IMG/VR virus record: IMGVR_UViG_3300028188_000026
Coordinates: 1 to 25,047 of that record
From: a virus
Lineage: Duplodnaviria > Caudoviricetes
Reading direction: 5' to 3' (one strand)
Length of the DNA: 25,047 bases
Notes under the pieces: generated by a model
What the model was told of the DNA's origin: nothing
Seen by the model: the letters and a program-made list of their open reading frames with translations, nothing else
The model's database searches: none
Program-made: the position numbers and the translations under genes
Part shown: positions 16,874-25,047 of the stretch, in pieces
Numbering within the stretch: position 1 is the stretch's first letter
How the letters are laid out: the number at the start of each line of letters is the position of its first letter

Positions 16874-18973
16874 ATGGCAGAACTAAAGCAAATGAGTGAA
16901 GATGACATCCAAGGCATTGTTAGTGATGCTGTAACTGATGCTATTGACTTTATGGAAAGTGAAATAACAGAAGGTCGAATTAAGGCACAACGTTATTTTG
17001 ACGGTGAAGTGGATATTGGCGAAGAAGATGGTCGTTCTAAGATTGTTGCAACCAAAGTAAGAGACACTATTAGAGCAATCAAACCAAGCCTAATGAGAGT
17101 GTTCTTATCGTCTGAGAACCCTGTTGAGTATGTTCCTACAGGTCAAGAAGACGTGTCTAACGCAGATTCAGCAACTAAGTTTGCTCATTATAGATTCAAC
17201 GAACTAAACGGATTTACCCTTCTTAACGATGCTATTCATGATGCTTTAGTTAAGAAAACAGGCGTATTAAAAGCATATTGGGAAGACTACTCAGAGGCTA
17301 AGATTCACACTTACTCAAACCTTACTGAAGAAGAAATGTCAGTTATTGTTAATGATGATGATGTAACAGTTATCGAGCAATCAACTGAACTTGAAATGTC
17401 TATGGACGAGTTTGGTATGGAAGTAGAATTGCCTAAATACACACTAAAAATTAGTCATCAGAAAGATTCAGGTAAGTTATGTATTGAAAGCGTACCACCT
17501 GAAGAGTTCCTTGTAGATAGAAACGCTATAAGTATTGAAGATGCTTATATTGTCGCCCACAGAACAGAGATGAGAGTGGGTGAATTAGTTTCAATGGGAT
17601 ATGACTTCGAGGTTGTATCAGAATTGTCAGGCATAGCATCAGACGACACCTTCACTGACGCAGAGATATACGAGAGAAACAGTTATCAAGACAGTGACGA
17701 AGAAGAAATTAAAGACCCTTCTATGAAACAAGTAGCAGTAACAGAAGCGTACATGAAGATGGACGTATATGGCACAGGTCAAGCCACCATGCACAGATTT
17801 ATACTTGCAGGTGGTGAGAGTAAACTTTTAGACTTTGAGCCTTGGGGTGATGTTCCATTTGCTGTCTTTGAGATAGACCCTGAGCCTCATACGTTCTTCG
17901 GACGCTCTATTGCTGATTTGATTATGAACGACCAAGACTCATCTACTGCTATGTTACGTGGCATGATGGATAACGTAGCATTAACTAATATGCCACGAGT
18001 AGGTGCTGTAGAAGGTCAAGTAAACATAGATGACTTAATGAACAATGAAATTGGTGGCATTGTAAGAATGAAATCACCAACAGCATTAGTTGATATTGCT
18101 ACTCCTTTTGTAGCAGGACAGGTATTAGGCGCTATGCAATACCTTGATGATGAGATTCAAGTTAAAACAGGTGTTACTAAAGCAAGTATGGGATTAGACC
18201 CTGATGCCTTACAGAACACCACTGCAACAGCAGCACAATTAACTGCTCAAGCAGGAGCAGGTCAGGTTGAGGTTATGGCTCGAAATCTTGCCGAGGGTGG
18301 CATGAAACGACTGTTTAAGTTAATCCTTAAACTTATGGTAGAAAACTCTTGTGAAGAGACTATGATGCGTCTAAACGGTAATTATGTACCGATTGACCCT
18401 CGTTCATGGAACACATCTATGGATGTGACTGTAAACGTAGGTTTAGGAACAGGTCAAGAAGAGCAAAAACAAGCAGCGCTTAATCAAGCATTCCAAACAC
18501 AAATGCAGATTTGGTCAACATACGGACCTACCAACGGTCTTGTAACTATGACAGGAATGCGTAACACATTGTCAGATATGTTGGTATTATCAGGAGTTAG
18601 AAACGTTGATAGATACTTCAACCCTATGACACCTGAACAAGAGCAACAGTTAATTCAACAACAGCAACAGGCTCAAGCACAACAGCAACCTGCCACTTCA
18701 CCTGAAGCACAGGCAATCGTACAGGCTGAGACTATTAAGGCACAAGCCAAGTCACAGACAGATATGCTTAAATTAGAGATTGAAGCGCAGAAGGCTATAG
18801 CAGAAGATGACCGTAAGAGAGATGAATTAGACCAAAAACTTGTAACAGACGCGGCTAAGATTTATGGTGATTATGGCTCTAAATTAGACATTGCTAGAGT
18901 TAAGCAGATGCAAGAAGCACCTAGATACCCACAACAACAACCAACTCAAGCAGTAACAGGCGGTAGATTTTAA
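16874..18973 (+). CDS. Portal protein (P22-like long type with C-terminal coiled-coil barrel)
   Basis: 699 aa; motifs DAL..KTGV.K.YW, VPPEEFLVD, P.PHTFFG.S.ADL..DQ, TATA, V.VGLG; Gln-rich C-terminal helix; upstream of scaffold and capsid genes. Confidence 0.9.
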   Translation: MAELKQMSEDDIQGIVSDAVTDAIDFMESEITEGRIKAQRYFDGEVDIGEEDGRSKIVATKVRDTIRAIKPSLMRVFLSSENPVEYVPTGQEDVSNADSATKFAHYRFNELNGFTLLNDAIHDALVKKTGVLKAYWEDYSEAKIHTYSNLTEEEMSVIVNDDDVTVIEQSTELEMSMDEFGMEVELPKYTLKISHQKDSGKLCIESVPPEEFLVDRNAISIEDAYIVAHRTEMRVGELVSMGYDFEVVSELSGIASDDTFTDAEIYERNSYQDSDEEEIKDPSMKQVAVTEAYMKMDVYGTGQATMHRFILAGGESKLLDFEPWGDVPFAVFEIDPEPHTFFGRSIADLIMNDQDSSTAMLRGMMDNVALTNMPRVGAVEGQVNIDDLMNNEIGGIVRMKSPTALVDIATPFVAGQVLGAMQYLDDEIQVKTGVTKASMGLDPDALQNTTATAAQLTAQAGAGQVEVMARNLAEGGMKRLFKLILKLMVENSCEETMMRLNGNYVPIDPRSWNTSMDVTVNVGLGTGQEEQKQAALNQAFQTQMQIWSTYGPTNGLVTMTGMRNTLSDMLVLSGVRNVDRYFNPMTPEQEQQLIQQQQQAQAQQQPATSPEAQAIVQAETIKAQAKSQTDMLKLEIEAQKAIAEDDRKRDELDQKLVTDAAKIYGDYGSKLDIARVKQMQEAPRYPQQQPTQAVTGGRF

Positions 18974-19206
18974 TGAACTTAGGTGAAAAATCTGCTAAGA
19001 TAAAGACATTGATGAATGATGACACCTTTAAGGATATTATTTCAGAAATCGTGGAGAGGCAAGTTGCTATCTTCATGGACGCTTATTCGGAAACGAACGA
19101 GCGCGACAGGGCGCATGACATTGTTTGTGCGATAAATGAGATTACTAATTATATGGAAAGTGTAGTAGCAGACGATAAGATTAGTAAACGTAAACGTAAA
19201 AAATAG
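18973..19206 (+). CDS. Small head-associated hypothetical protein
   Basis: 77-aa helical ORF between portal and scaffold; TAATG coupling to portal. Confidence 0.7.
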   Translation: MNLGEKSAKIKTLMNDDTFKDIISEIVERQVAIFMDAYSETNERDRAHDIVCAINEITNYMESVVADDKISKRKRKK

Positions 19207-19218
19207 GAGAACAGCACC

Positions 19219-20232
19219 GTGGAAACGACTGAAACCCAAATTGATGGTAGTATTGAATCTGCCATTGAGAGCATAATTGCTCCGATAGAAGAAGAAAAAG
19301 TAGAAGCAACTGAAGAAGAAACTCAGACAACAGAGGATGCTACAGATGTAGAGGAAACTGCTGAGGCTGAAGAAGTGGAAACTGATTCTGAAGAAGACTA
19401 TGACACCGAAGCAGAATATGATTCTGAAGAAGTATCAGAGTTGGACGAAGATAACGACCAAGTAGAGGATGCCGTTCAAAATGCGCCTTCTAACATTAAA
19501 GTCAAGATTGACGGTAATGAAGTAGAAGTAACGCTTGATGAACTAAAGCAAGGCTATAGCGGACAGAAATACGTCCAAAAGGGGATGCAAGAGGCAGCAA
19601 CGCAACGTAAAGAAGCAGAGCAAGTCTATGAATCTCTATTAAACGAACGAAAGCAGATGGCACAACTTTTCCAAGAACTTCAACAGGGAAACATTGCATC
19701 ACCACCTACTCCACCGTCTCGCGAGTTATTTGAAAGTGACCCAATAGGGTACATGGAACAAAAACTTAACTATGATGAGAGTAAAGTGACTTATGATAAT
19801 CAAATGGCACAACTTCAGCAAGTGAGTAATAAAAACTCAAATGCAGAAAAAGTTGCTAAACAGACTTATCTAAAGCAAGAAATGCAAGTTTTACAACAGA
19901 AGATTCCTGAATTTGCTGACTCTAATAAAGCAGGTAAAATCAAGGAAAGACTGGTACAAGTAGGACGTGAGCATTATGGTTATTCAGCCGATGAAATCGG
20001 ACAAGTGATGGACCATAGAGCAATACAGGTTTTACATGATGCTATGAAATACCGTGACATTATGAGTGGTAAGGCTAAGGCAGTCGCTAAGACTAAGAAA
20101 GCAAGACCTATCGTAAAGGCAGGGGCGAAGAGAGTTGATGATTCAAAAACTAAAGTTCGTAAACGCCAAAAGGCACAACTCAGAAAGTCAGGTGGCATTG
20201 AAGATGCTATCGGCTTAATTTTACAAACCTAA
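19219..20232 (+). CDS. Capsid scaffolding protein
   Basis: Highly acidic N-terminus, VKIDGNEVEVTLDELKQGYS motif, coiled-coil middle and basic C-terminus; GTG start with AGGAG SD; immediately upstream of the MCP. Confidence 0.85.
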   Translation: METTETQIDGSIESAIESIIAPIEEEKVEATEEETQTTEDATDVEETAEAEEVETDSEEDYDTEAEYDSEEVSELDEDNDQVEDAVQNAPSNIKVKIDGNEVEVTLDELKQGYSGQKYVQKGMQEAATQRKEAEQVYESLLNERKQMAQLFQELQQGNIASPPTPPSRELFESDPIGYMEQKLNYDESKVTYDNQMAQLQQVSNKNSNAEKVAKQTYLKQEMQVLQQKIPEFADSNKAGKIKERLVQVGREHYGYSADEIGQVMDHRAIQVLHDAMKYRDIMSGKAKAVAKTKKARPIVKAGAKRVDDSKTKVRKRQKAQLRKSGGIEDAIGLILQT

Positions 20233-20248
20233 TAATAGGAGAACGACA

Positions 20249-21217
20249 ATGGCACAACCATCAAACACATTTGATAGTTATGACGCAAAAGGTATTCGTG
20301 AAGACTTGGAAAACGTAATCTACGACATTTCCCCTGAAGAAACACCTTTTTATTCATCATTAAAAAAAGTAAGCGCATCTAACACTTTCCATGAGTGGCA
20401 GACTGACGCATTACGTTCATCAGCATCAAACGCTCACATTGAAGGTGACGACACTACTGCTAACGCAATGACTGCAACTACTCGTATGGGTAACTACACG
20501 CAAATCTTTAAGAATGCTGTGATTATTCCTGATACTGATGCAGGTCTTGACAAAGCAGGTAGAGCAACTGAAATGGCTTACCAAACTTTGAAGATTGCTA
20601 AAGAGCAGAAGCTAGACATCGAGAAGGCATTGTTTGACAACAACGCACACGTTGCAGGAAGCGCATCAGTGGCTCGTGAGTTAGCAGGTGTACCAACGTT
20701 TATCAATAGTAATATTGGTAATATCGGTACTTCAGGTGTAAACCCTGAATCAGTATCAGGTTGGACAGTACCAGGCTCTAAGCCACGTACTGACGGAACT
20801 GCAACTGTATTTGCTCAAGCAGACTTTGATAGCACTATGCAATCTATCTGGGAAGCAGGTGGACGTCCGGACACTGTTTACTTATCAGCGTTCCAGATGA
20901 ACAAAGCGTTAGGCTTCACTGGTAATAACAACCAACGTTCAACTGTTAAAGCAGAAAGCGAAGGCGTTATTAATCACATGGATGTTTATGTAACTCCGTG
21001 GGGTACTGTTGAGTTCACTCCAACTCGTGAGAATCGTGGTCGTGATGTTTTCATCATGCAAAACGATATGTGGGCTTGTGGCGTATTACGTCCAACCAAG
21101 AACACTGCTCTTGCGAAGACAGGTGATAATACTAAACGCCAAGTTCTTACTGAACTTACGCTTATCTCTAAGAATGAGAAAGCATCAGGCGCAGTAATCG
21201 ACTGTACTACTTCTTAA
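20249..21217 (+). CDS. Major capsid protein (HK97 fold, DUF5309-type)
   Basis: REDL.NVIY.ISP.ETPF...HEWQTD.L...EGDD...NYTQIF motifs; follows the scaffold; strong SD; followed by a terminator. Confidence 0.9.
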   Translation: MAQPSNTFDSYDAKGIREDLENVIYDISPEETPFYSSLKKVSASNTFHEWQTDALRSSASNAHIEGDDTTANAMTATTRMGNYTQIFKNAVIIPDTDAGLDKAGRATEMAYQTLKIAKEQKLDIEKALFDNNAHVAGSASVARELAGVPTFINSNIGNIGTSGVNPESVSGWTVPGSKPRTDGTATVFAQADFDSTMQSIWEAGGRPDTVYLSAFQMNKALGFTGNNNQRSTVKAESEGVINHMDVYVTPWGTVEFTPTRENRGRDVFIMQNDMWACGVLRPTKNTALAKTGDNTKRQVLTELTLISKNEKASGAVIDCTTS

Positions 21218-21231
21218 TATAAGAAGTTAAT

Positions 21232-21256
21232 AAGAGGGTGGGAAACCGCCCTTTTT
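21232..21256 (+). terminator. Rho-independent terminator after the major capsid gene
   Basis: AGGGTGG-GAAA-CCGCCCT stem (one U-G pair, GNRA loop) followed by a short T tract. Confidence 0.8.
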
Positions 21257-21272
21257 ACATAAGGAATTTAAA

Positions 21273-21563
21273 ATGAAAATAGGTGAAAAAATACACGTTG
21301 ACCACAAGAACGATAAAGTAATCGTTCAAAAGATTCACACCGCTAACCCTGCCTTAAAAAGAGCAGAGCAGTTAAGAAGCCATAAATTAGATGGCATGGG
21401 TGAGAGTAAATTAGTTGGCACAATCCCTATTTTCCTTATTAAACAATGGTGTGACGAACTTGGAATCAAGTGGGGCGACATTGAAGCACGAAAAGAAGTG
21501 GTAAAAAAGAAAATACTCAGTGGTGAATTTGATAAACTACGAGTGTGGAAAGGAACTTATTAA
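21273..21563 (+). CDS. Conserved phage hypothetical protein after MCP
   Basis: AAGGA SD; the VG.IP..LI..W..E.G...KK..S.EF..LR..KG pattern is commonly seen downstream of this capsid type. Confidence 0.7.
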   Translation: MKIGEKIHVDHKNDKVIVQKIHTANPALKRAEQLRSHKLDGMGESKLVGTIPIFLIKQWCDELGIKWGDIEARKEVVKKKILSGEFDKLRVWKGTY

Positions 21564-21577
21564 TATAGGACAATAAA

Positions 21578-22084
21578 ATGGCAGATACTACTACTACAAC
21601 TTATAGTTTGACTAAACCTGAAGTAGGAGCGTCAGCAGACACATGGGGTGGTAAGATTAATACCAACCTAGACACTCTTGATGATTTATTCGATGGCACT
21701 ACAGCCGTTGCACCCAACCTAGTAGGTTTTAAAGTTGGTGGAACATCAGTAACTTCAACCGCAGCAGAACTCAACATATTAGATGGCGTTACTTCTACAG
21801 CAACAGAATTGAATATATTAGACGGTGTTACTGCTACTACAGCAGAGTTAAATATCTTAGACGGTGTAACTTCAACAGCAGCAGAGTTAAATGCCTTAGA
21901 TGGTATAACATCTACAGTAACAGAATTAAATTATACTGATGGAGTTACGTCTGCCATTCAAACTCAGTTAGACGCAAAACAAACAACGCTAACAAGTACA
22001 TCTAATGGCTACGGTACTAAAACTGTATCAACATCAGCACCTAGTGGTGGCTCTGATGGAGACATTTGGTATAAGGTAAGCTAA
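21578..22084 (+). CDS. Tail fibre protein 1 (virion anchor, 13-aa repeat shaft, GDIW end)
   Basis: N-terminal TKPEVG.S.DTWG.K.N.NLD.LD anchor; tandem [13 protein letters not shown] repeats; C-terminal [12 protein letters not shown]. Confidence 0.75.
   Translation: MADTTTTTYSLTKPEVGASADTWGGKINTNLDTLDDLFDGTTAVAPNLVGFKVGGTSVTSTAAELNILDGVTSTATELNILDGVTATTAELNILDGVTSTAAELNALDGITSTVTELNYTDGVTSAIQTQLDAKQTTLTSTSNGYGTKTVSTSAPSGGSDGDIWYKVS
21749..21952 (+). repeat. Coding tandem repeat: five 39-bp units plus a partial unit
   Basis: Units start at 21749, 21788, 21827, 21866, 21905 and 21944 (partial) and encode (V/I)T(S/A)T(A/T/V)(A/T)ELNxxDG with synonymous divergence. Confidence 0.9.
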
Positions 22085-22779
22085 TGACACTCCACGTCAA
22101 ACAATCAGGCACATGGAAACAGGCACAAGAAGTTCACATAAAAGACGCAGGAACATGGAAGCCATGTAATGACGTATTAATTAAAGACGCAGGTGCTTGG
22201 AAATCAGTTCTTTATACGTCAGGTTCTCAAGATTGGTATTCAGGTAGTGGCTCTTGGACTGTTCCTTCAGGTGTTTATACCGTTACTGTTAATATGGTTG
22301 CTGGTGGTGGTGGCGGTGGTGGTGGTTCAGATTACGGTTCTGCTGGTGGTGGCTCAGGTGGTCAATATGTAAGTTATTCTTATTCTACTACTCCAGGCGC
22401 TTCATTATCTTATTCGATAGGAGCATTAGGAGCAGGTGGTAGTACAGGTGTTGCAGGCAGTAGTTCTACATTCGGTACATTAACTTGTACTGGTGGTGGC
22501 GGTGGTGGAAGCAACCCCTCTTCCCCAGGTGCAGGTGGAACACCTAGCGGTACTACAGGTGAAACTGGTAACAGAGGTACTTGTGGTTCAGCAGGTGACG
22601 GTGGTGACGGTGGTGCTTCTGCCTTCGGAACTGGTGGTTTAGGTTGTTGTGGCGGTGGTCCAGGCTCATCAGGTCCAGCAGGGGGAGCAGCATCAGGTTA
22701 CGGAGCAGGTGGTGGCGGTGGTTGTAATAATTCACAAGGCGCTAATGGCTCTGCTGGTAAAGTAAGCATTAGTTGGTAA
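22084..22779 (+). CDS. Glycine-rich tail adhesin-like protein
   Basis: Three N-terminal x(V/I)KxxG(T/A)WK repeats, WTVPSGV..V.V..VAGGGGG, multiple poly-Gly runs and terminal G..GKV.ISW; TAATG coupling to fibre 1. Confidence 0.7.
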   Translation: MTLHVKQSGTWKQAQEVHIKDAGTWKPCNDVLIKDAGAWKSVLYTSGSQDWYSGSGSWTVPSGVYTVTVNMVAGGGGGGGGSDYGSAGGGSGGQYVSYSYSTTPGASLSYSIGALGAGGSTGVAGSSSTFGTLTCTGGGGGGSNPSSPGAGGTPSGTTGETGNRGTCGSAGDGGDGGASAFGTGGLGCCGGGPGSSGPAGGAASGYGAGGGGGCNNSQGANGSAGKVSISW

Positions 22780-22799
22780 GATTAATATAGGATTAAATT

Positions 22800-23333
22800 A
22801 TGGCAGATACTACAACTACTACATTTGGCTTTACTAAGCCTGAAATAGACGGCTCAGACGATACGTGGGGAACTAAACTAAATACAAATCTTGATACTAT
22901 TGATGATTTGCTAGACGGAACTACTGCTATTAAGCCAAACTTAACAGCAGGTCAATTCAAAGTAAGTGGAACGGCAGTTAGCACGACTGCTGCTGAACTT
23001 AATGTTGTTGATATGTCTGCTTCAGGCTCAACATCAGGTCAATTACTAACATCAACAGGAACTACAACAGTGCCTACTTGGCAGGACGCTCCTGTGTCTT
23101 TACCTAGTCAAACAGGCGAGGACGGTAAGTATCTAACAACAAATGGTACAGAGGCTTCTTGGGCAACAGTATCAAGTAACTCAACAGACCAAGGTCTGTA
23201 TGAACATGCTCATACTATAAGTACAGCAATTACAATTACAACTAATTACAACGCTATGTCAGCAGGACCTGTAACTATTGATGCTAGTGGCTCAGTTACC
23301 GTTCCAACTGGTTCAGTTTGGACAATCCTTTAG
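22800..23333 (+). CDS. Tail fibre protein 2 (paralogous anchor, different C-terminus)
   Basis: First ~70 aa are paralogous to the 21578 protein; [14 protein letters not shown] fibre repeats; C-terminal [10 protein letters not shown]...[12 protein letters not shown] module. Confidence 0.75.
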   Translation: MADTTTTTFGFTKPEIDGSDDTWGTKLNTNLDTIDDLLDGTTAIKPNLTAGQFKVSGTAVSTTAAELNVVDMSASGSTSGQLLTSTGTTTVPTWQDAPVSLPSQTGEDGKYLTTNGTEASWATVSSNSTDQGLYEHAHTISTAITITTNYNAMSAGPVTIDASGSVTVPTGSVWTIL

Positions 23334-23344
23334 GAGAATAGAAT

Positions 23345-24187
23345 ATGAGCAAATTAAAAGTAAGTGGTAACGCAAGTGGTACTGGTGTCATTACCCTAGA
23401 AGCACCTAATACAAATACAGATAGAACGATTACTTTACCAGATGGTGATATTAGTTTAGGTGTAGGTATTGATGATAACGCTACGAGTACAGCTATTACT
23501 ATTGATGCTAGTGAGAATGTAGACCTAAAACGTGACCTTACTATTACCAGTTATGACCCCCAGAAAATAAAGTTTAACAGGCAAACGACATCACTATTAG
23601 TTGATGCTAGTGTTGGACGGATTGAGATGTATTCAAACGATGTCTCTGGTGGTGGCACTGGAATAGCGAGTTATATAGACGCACGAACGCCTAGTAACGG
23701 AACTACCTTTGATTTAATATTTGGTACTAAAAATTACGGTACTGATGCCACAGAGAAGATGCGTATCCTATCATCAGGCGGTATCTCATTCAACGGTGAC
23801 ACAGCAGCAGCTAATGCCTTAGATGACTATGAAGAGGGTACTTGGACTCCCACTACAAATTCAGATGCTACAGGTGCTTTTTCTTATGCTTACGGGCATT
23901 ACGTAAAAATTGGCAGAGTTGTTACAGCTCACGCGAGAATATCAATCTCTGCAAATTTCACTGGTGCAAATTTTGGTGGACTACCTTTTACTGTGAACCA
24001 TCTTAGTTCTGGAGGAAGTGGCAATCAGTCTCTTGCTCTTGCGAAAGACGATGTAGGAGACCATTGCGTATTAGCATCAGACGGCTCAACTTTGCTAAAC
24101 ACAAGAATTATATCTGGTAATGCTGGTTATCTTCCAATTTCGGGAAAGACCTGGCGGTTTACAATAACTTATACAACAAATTCTTAA
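23345..24187 (+). CDS. Tail fibre / receptor-binding protein
   Basis: N-terminal RTITLPD, EKMRI.SSG, GDTAAANALDDYEEGTWTP and YVKIGRVV...GLPF C-terminal beta domain, all typical of fibre tips. Confidence 0.75.
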   Translation: MSKLKVSGNASGTGVITLEAPNTNTDRTITLPDGDISLGVGIDDNATSTAITIDASENVDLKRDLTITSYDPQKIKFNRQTTSLLVDASVGRIEMYSNDVSGGGTGIASYIDARTPSNGTTFDLIFGTKNYGTDATEKMRILSSGGISFNGDTAAANALDDYEEGTWTPTTNSDATGAFSYAYGHYVKIGRVVTAHARISISANFTGANFGGLPFTVNHLSSGGSGNQSLALAKDDVGDHCVLASDGSTLLNTRIISGNAGYLPISGKTWRFTITYTTNS

Positions 24188-24238
24188 TTACTCTGATTGG
24201 ATTATCAGGACAGACATTTAAAATAATAGGAGAAGCAA

Positions 24239-24505
24239 ATGGCTTTAACAAAAGAAACAGTAACAGACAAGATTGAAACATTAGAAAACGGCACTATCCA
24301 AGTACGCACAGCAACAAGAGTGTTAGAAGATGGTGAGGTATTATCATCAAGTTTTCATAGACACGTACTTACACCTGGTCAAGACTTAACAGACCAAGAC
24401 CCTAAAGTATCAGCTATTGCTAATGCTATTTGGACACCTGAAGTAATCAGTGCTTATGAAGTGATGATTTCTACTCAAGAAGCAGAGATGAATACTGGAG
24501 AATAA
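24239..24505 (+). CDS. Small fibre-associated protein (putative assembly chaperone or tip subunit)
   Basis: DKIE..ENG..QVR.AT...EDG..LS.SFHRHVL.PG pattern that typically follows DDYEEG-type fibres; AGGAG SD. Confidence 0.65.
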   Translation: MALTKETVTDKIETLENGTIQVRTATRVLEDGEVLSSSFHRHVLTPGQDLTDQDPKVSAIANAIWTPEVISAYEVMISTQEAEMNTGE

Positions 24506-24508
24506 CTA

Positions 24509-24610
24509 ATGAGTATATTAATTAAATTTGTAAATCAACCTATAGTTGCTTTTGTATTAGGTTATGCTTTGGCTACATTAATGTTCTTTACAACAGGAGC
24601 AACAGTATGA
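24509..24610 (+). CDS. 33-aa single-transmembrane peptide
   Basis: GGAG SD at 24497-24500; MSILIKFVNQPIVAFVLGYALATLMFFTTGATV*; ATGA overlap with the next gene. Below the ORF-track cutoff. Confidence 0.55.
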   Translation: MSILIKFVNQPIVAFVLGYALATLMFFTTGATV

Positions 24611-25047
24611 GTATTAAATACAGTGACAGTGGCTTCCTAGATGGAGCAGATGAAACAAAGAAGTTATCGTTTGATGTCAGTGGGGTAACTACTGGTACAA
24701 CAAGAACAATAACTATGCCTGATGCTAATGTAGATTTAAGCAGTGTAGGAACACCTGATGATAACTCAGTAACCCTCGCTAAAATGGCAGGTGGTACTGA
24801 TGGTAACTTAATAACTTATGACGCAAGTGGCGACCCTGCTTATGTAACTACTGGTACTAGTGGACAAGTATTAACCTCTGGTGGTACTGGTGTAGCACCT
24901 ACGTTTCAGACGGCTGCTAGTGGAGGCTTCACATCTTCAACATTCTTAGACCAAGGCACTCTATTTAGTAGAGACTCAGCTAATACACTTAGCATCCCTG
25001 ATTTAGGTGGTGTGGTAGATGGCACATTAGTCGAAGTAACAGCAACT
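24607..25047 (+). CDS. Tail fibre protein (3' truncated by window)
   Basis: AGGAG SD at 24595-24599; open from ATG 24607 to the window end: MSIKYSDSGF...TRTITMPD...SVTLAKMA...GTSGQVLTSGGTGVAPTFQ. Not in the supplied ORF track. Confidence 0.8.
   Translation, partial: MSIKYSDSGFLDGADETKKLSFDVSGVTTGTTRTITMPDANVDLSSVGTPDDNSVTLAKMAGGTDGNLITYDASGDPAYVTTGTSGQVLTSGGTGVAPTFQTAASGGFTSSTFLDQGTLFSRDSANTLSIPDLGGVVDGTLVEVTAT

Noticed and set aside
18630-18700. CAA/CAG-rich tract as a contingency repeat
   Set aside because: Mixed codons encode the Gln-rich linker of the portal barrel region; it is not a pure slippage tract.
21749-21952. 39-bp repeats as a possible CRISPR array
   Set aside because: The units are contiguous with no unique spacers, vary at synonymous positions and encode a 13-aa fibre repeat.
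1771-22735. Minus-strand ORFs and short alternative-frame plus-strand ORFs in the supplied track (e.g. 1771-2010, 2774-2962, 8485-8748, 11056-11412, 13377-13727, 21009-21197)
   Set aside because: All overlap well-supported plus-strand genes almost entirely, lack recognisable motifs and look like antisense or frame shadows.
1-25047. Genome-wide TAG reassignment (alternative genetic code)
   Set aside because: All long genes are intact under the standard code. Every TAG stop is followed by a gene with its own SD and start, so overlap with AGGAG explains the TAG usage.
21578-25047. Diversity-generating retroelement or invertase-driven fibre switching
   Set aside because: No reverse transcriptase, no adenine-specific TR/VR pair, no recombinase and no inverted fibre cassettes are visible in the window.
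1-25047. tRNA, rRNA, integrase/att site, intron or intein
   Set aside because: There are no intergenic gaps large enough and no recognisable motifs; terminase, portal and capsid have ordinary lengths.

Overview
The window is a gene-dense, entirely plus-strand segment of a tailed dsDNA bacteriophage (or prophage) of the short-tailed, P22-like-architecture type; the host cannot be determined from the sequence. It runs from the end of a lambdoid nin-like region (YbcO/DUF1364-like fragment, zinc-finger ORF, NinB-like ORF) through small and large terminase and a 1524-aa multidomain 'polyvalent' protein. A tail/DNA-ejection block follows (adaptor, nozzle, needle-like, gp14-like and ejection proteins), then portal, scaffold and major capsid protein, an intrinsic terminator and a mosaic tail-fibre/adhesin cluster that runs off the right edge. 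The most interesting element is the 1524-aa protein. It strings together three ADP-ribosyltransferase-like domains, a GNAT acetyltransferase and a GH24-like lysozyme, and each junction between these domains carries a recurring (D/G)-G-(L/V)-L-G-(Q/T) linker. The linker is also a DNA repeat (an exact 18-nt copy at 5731 and 6121), suggesting a swappable effector-cassette system delivered with the virion. All product calls rest on motif recognition and synteny by eye; no searches were run.
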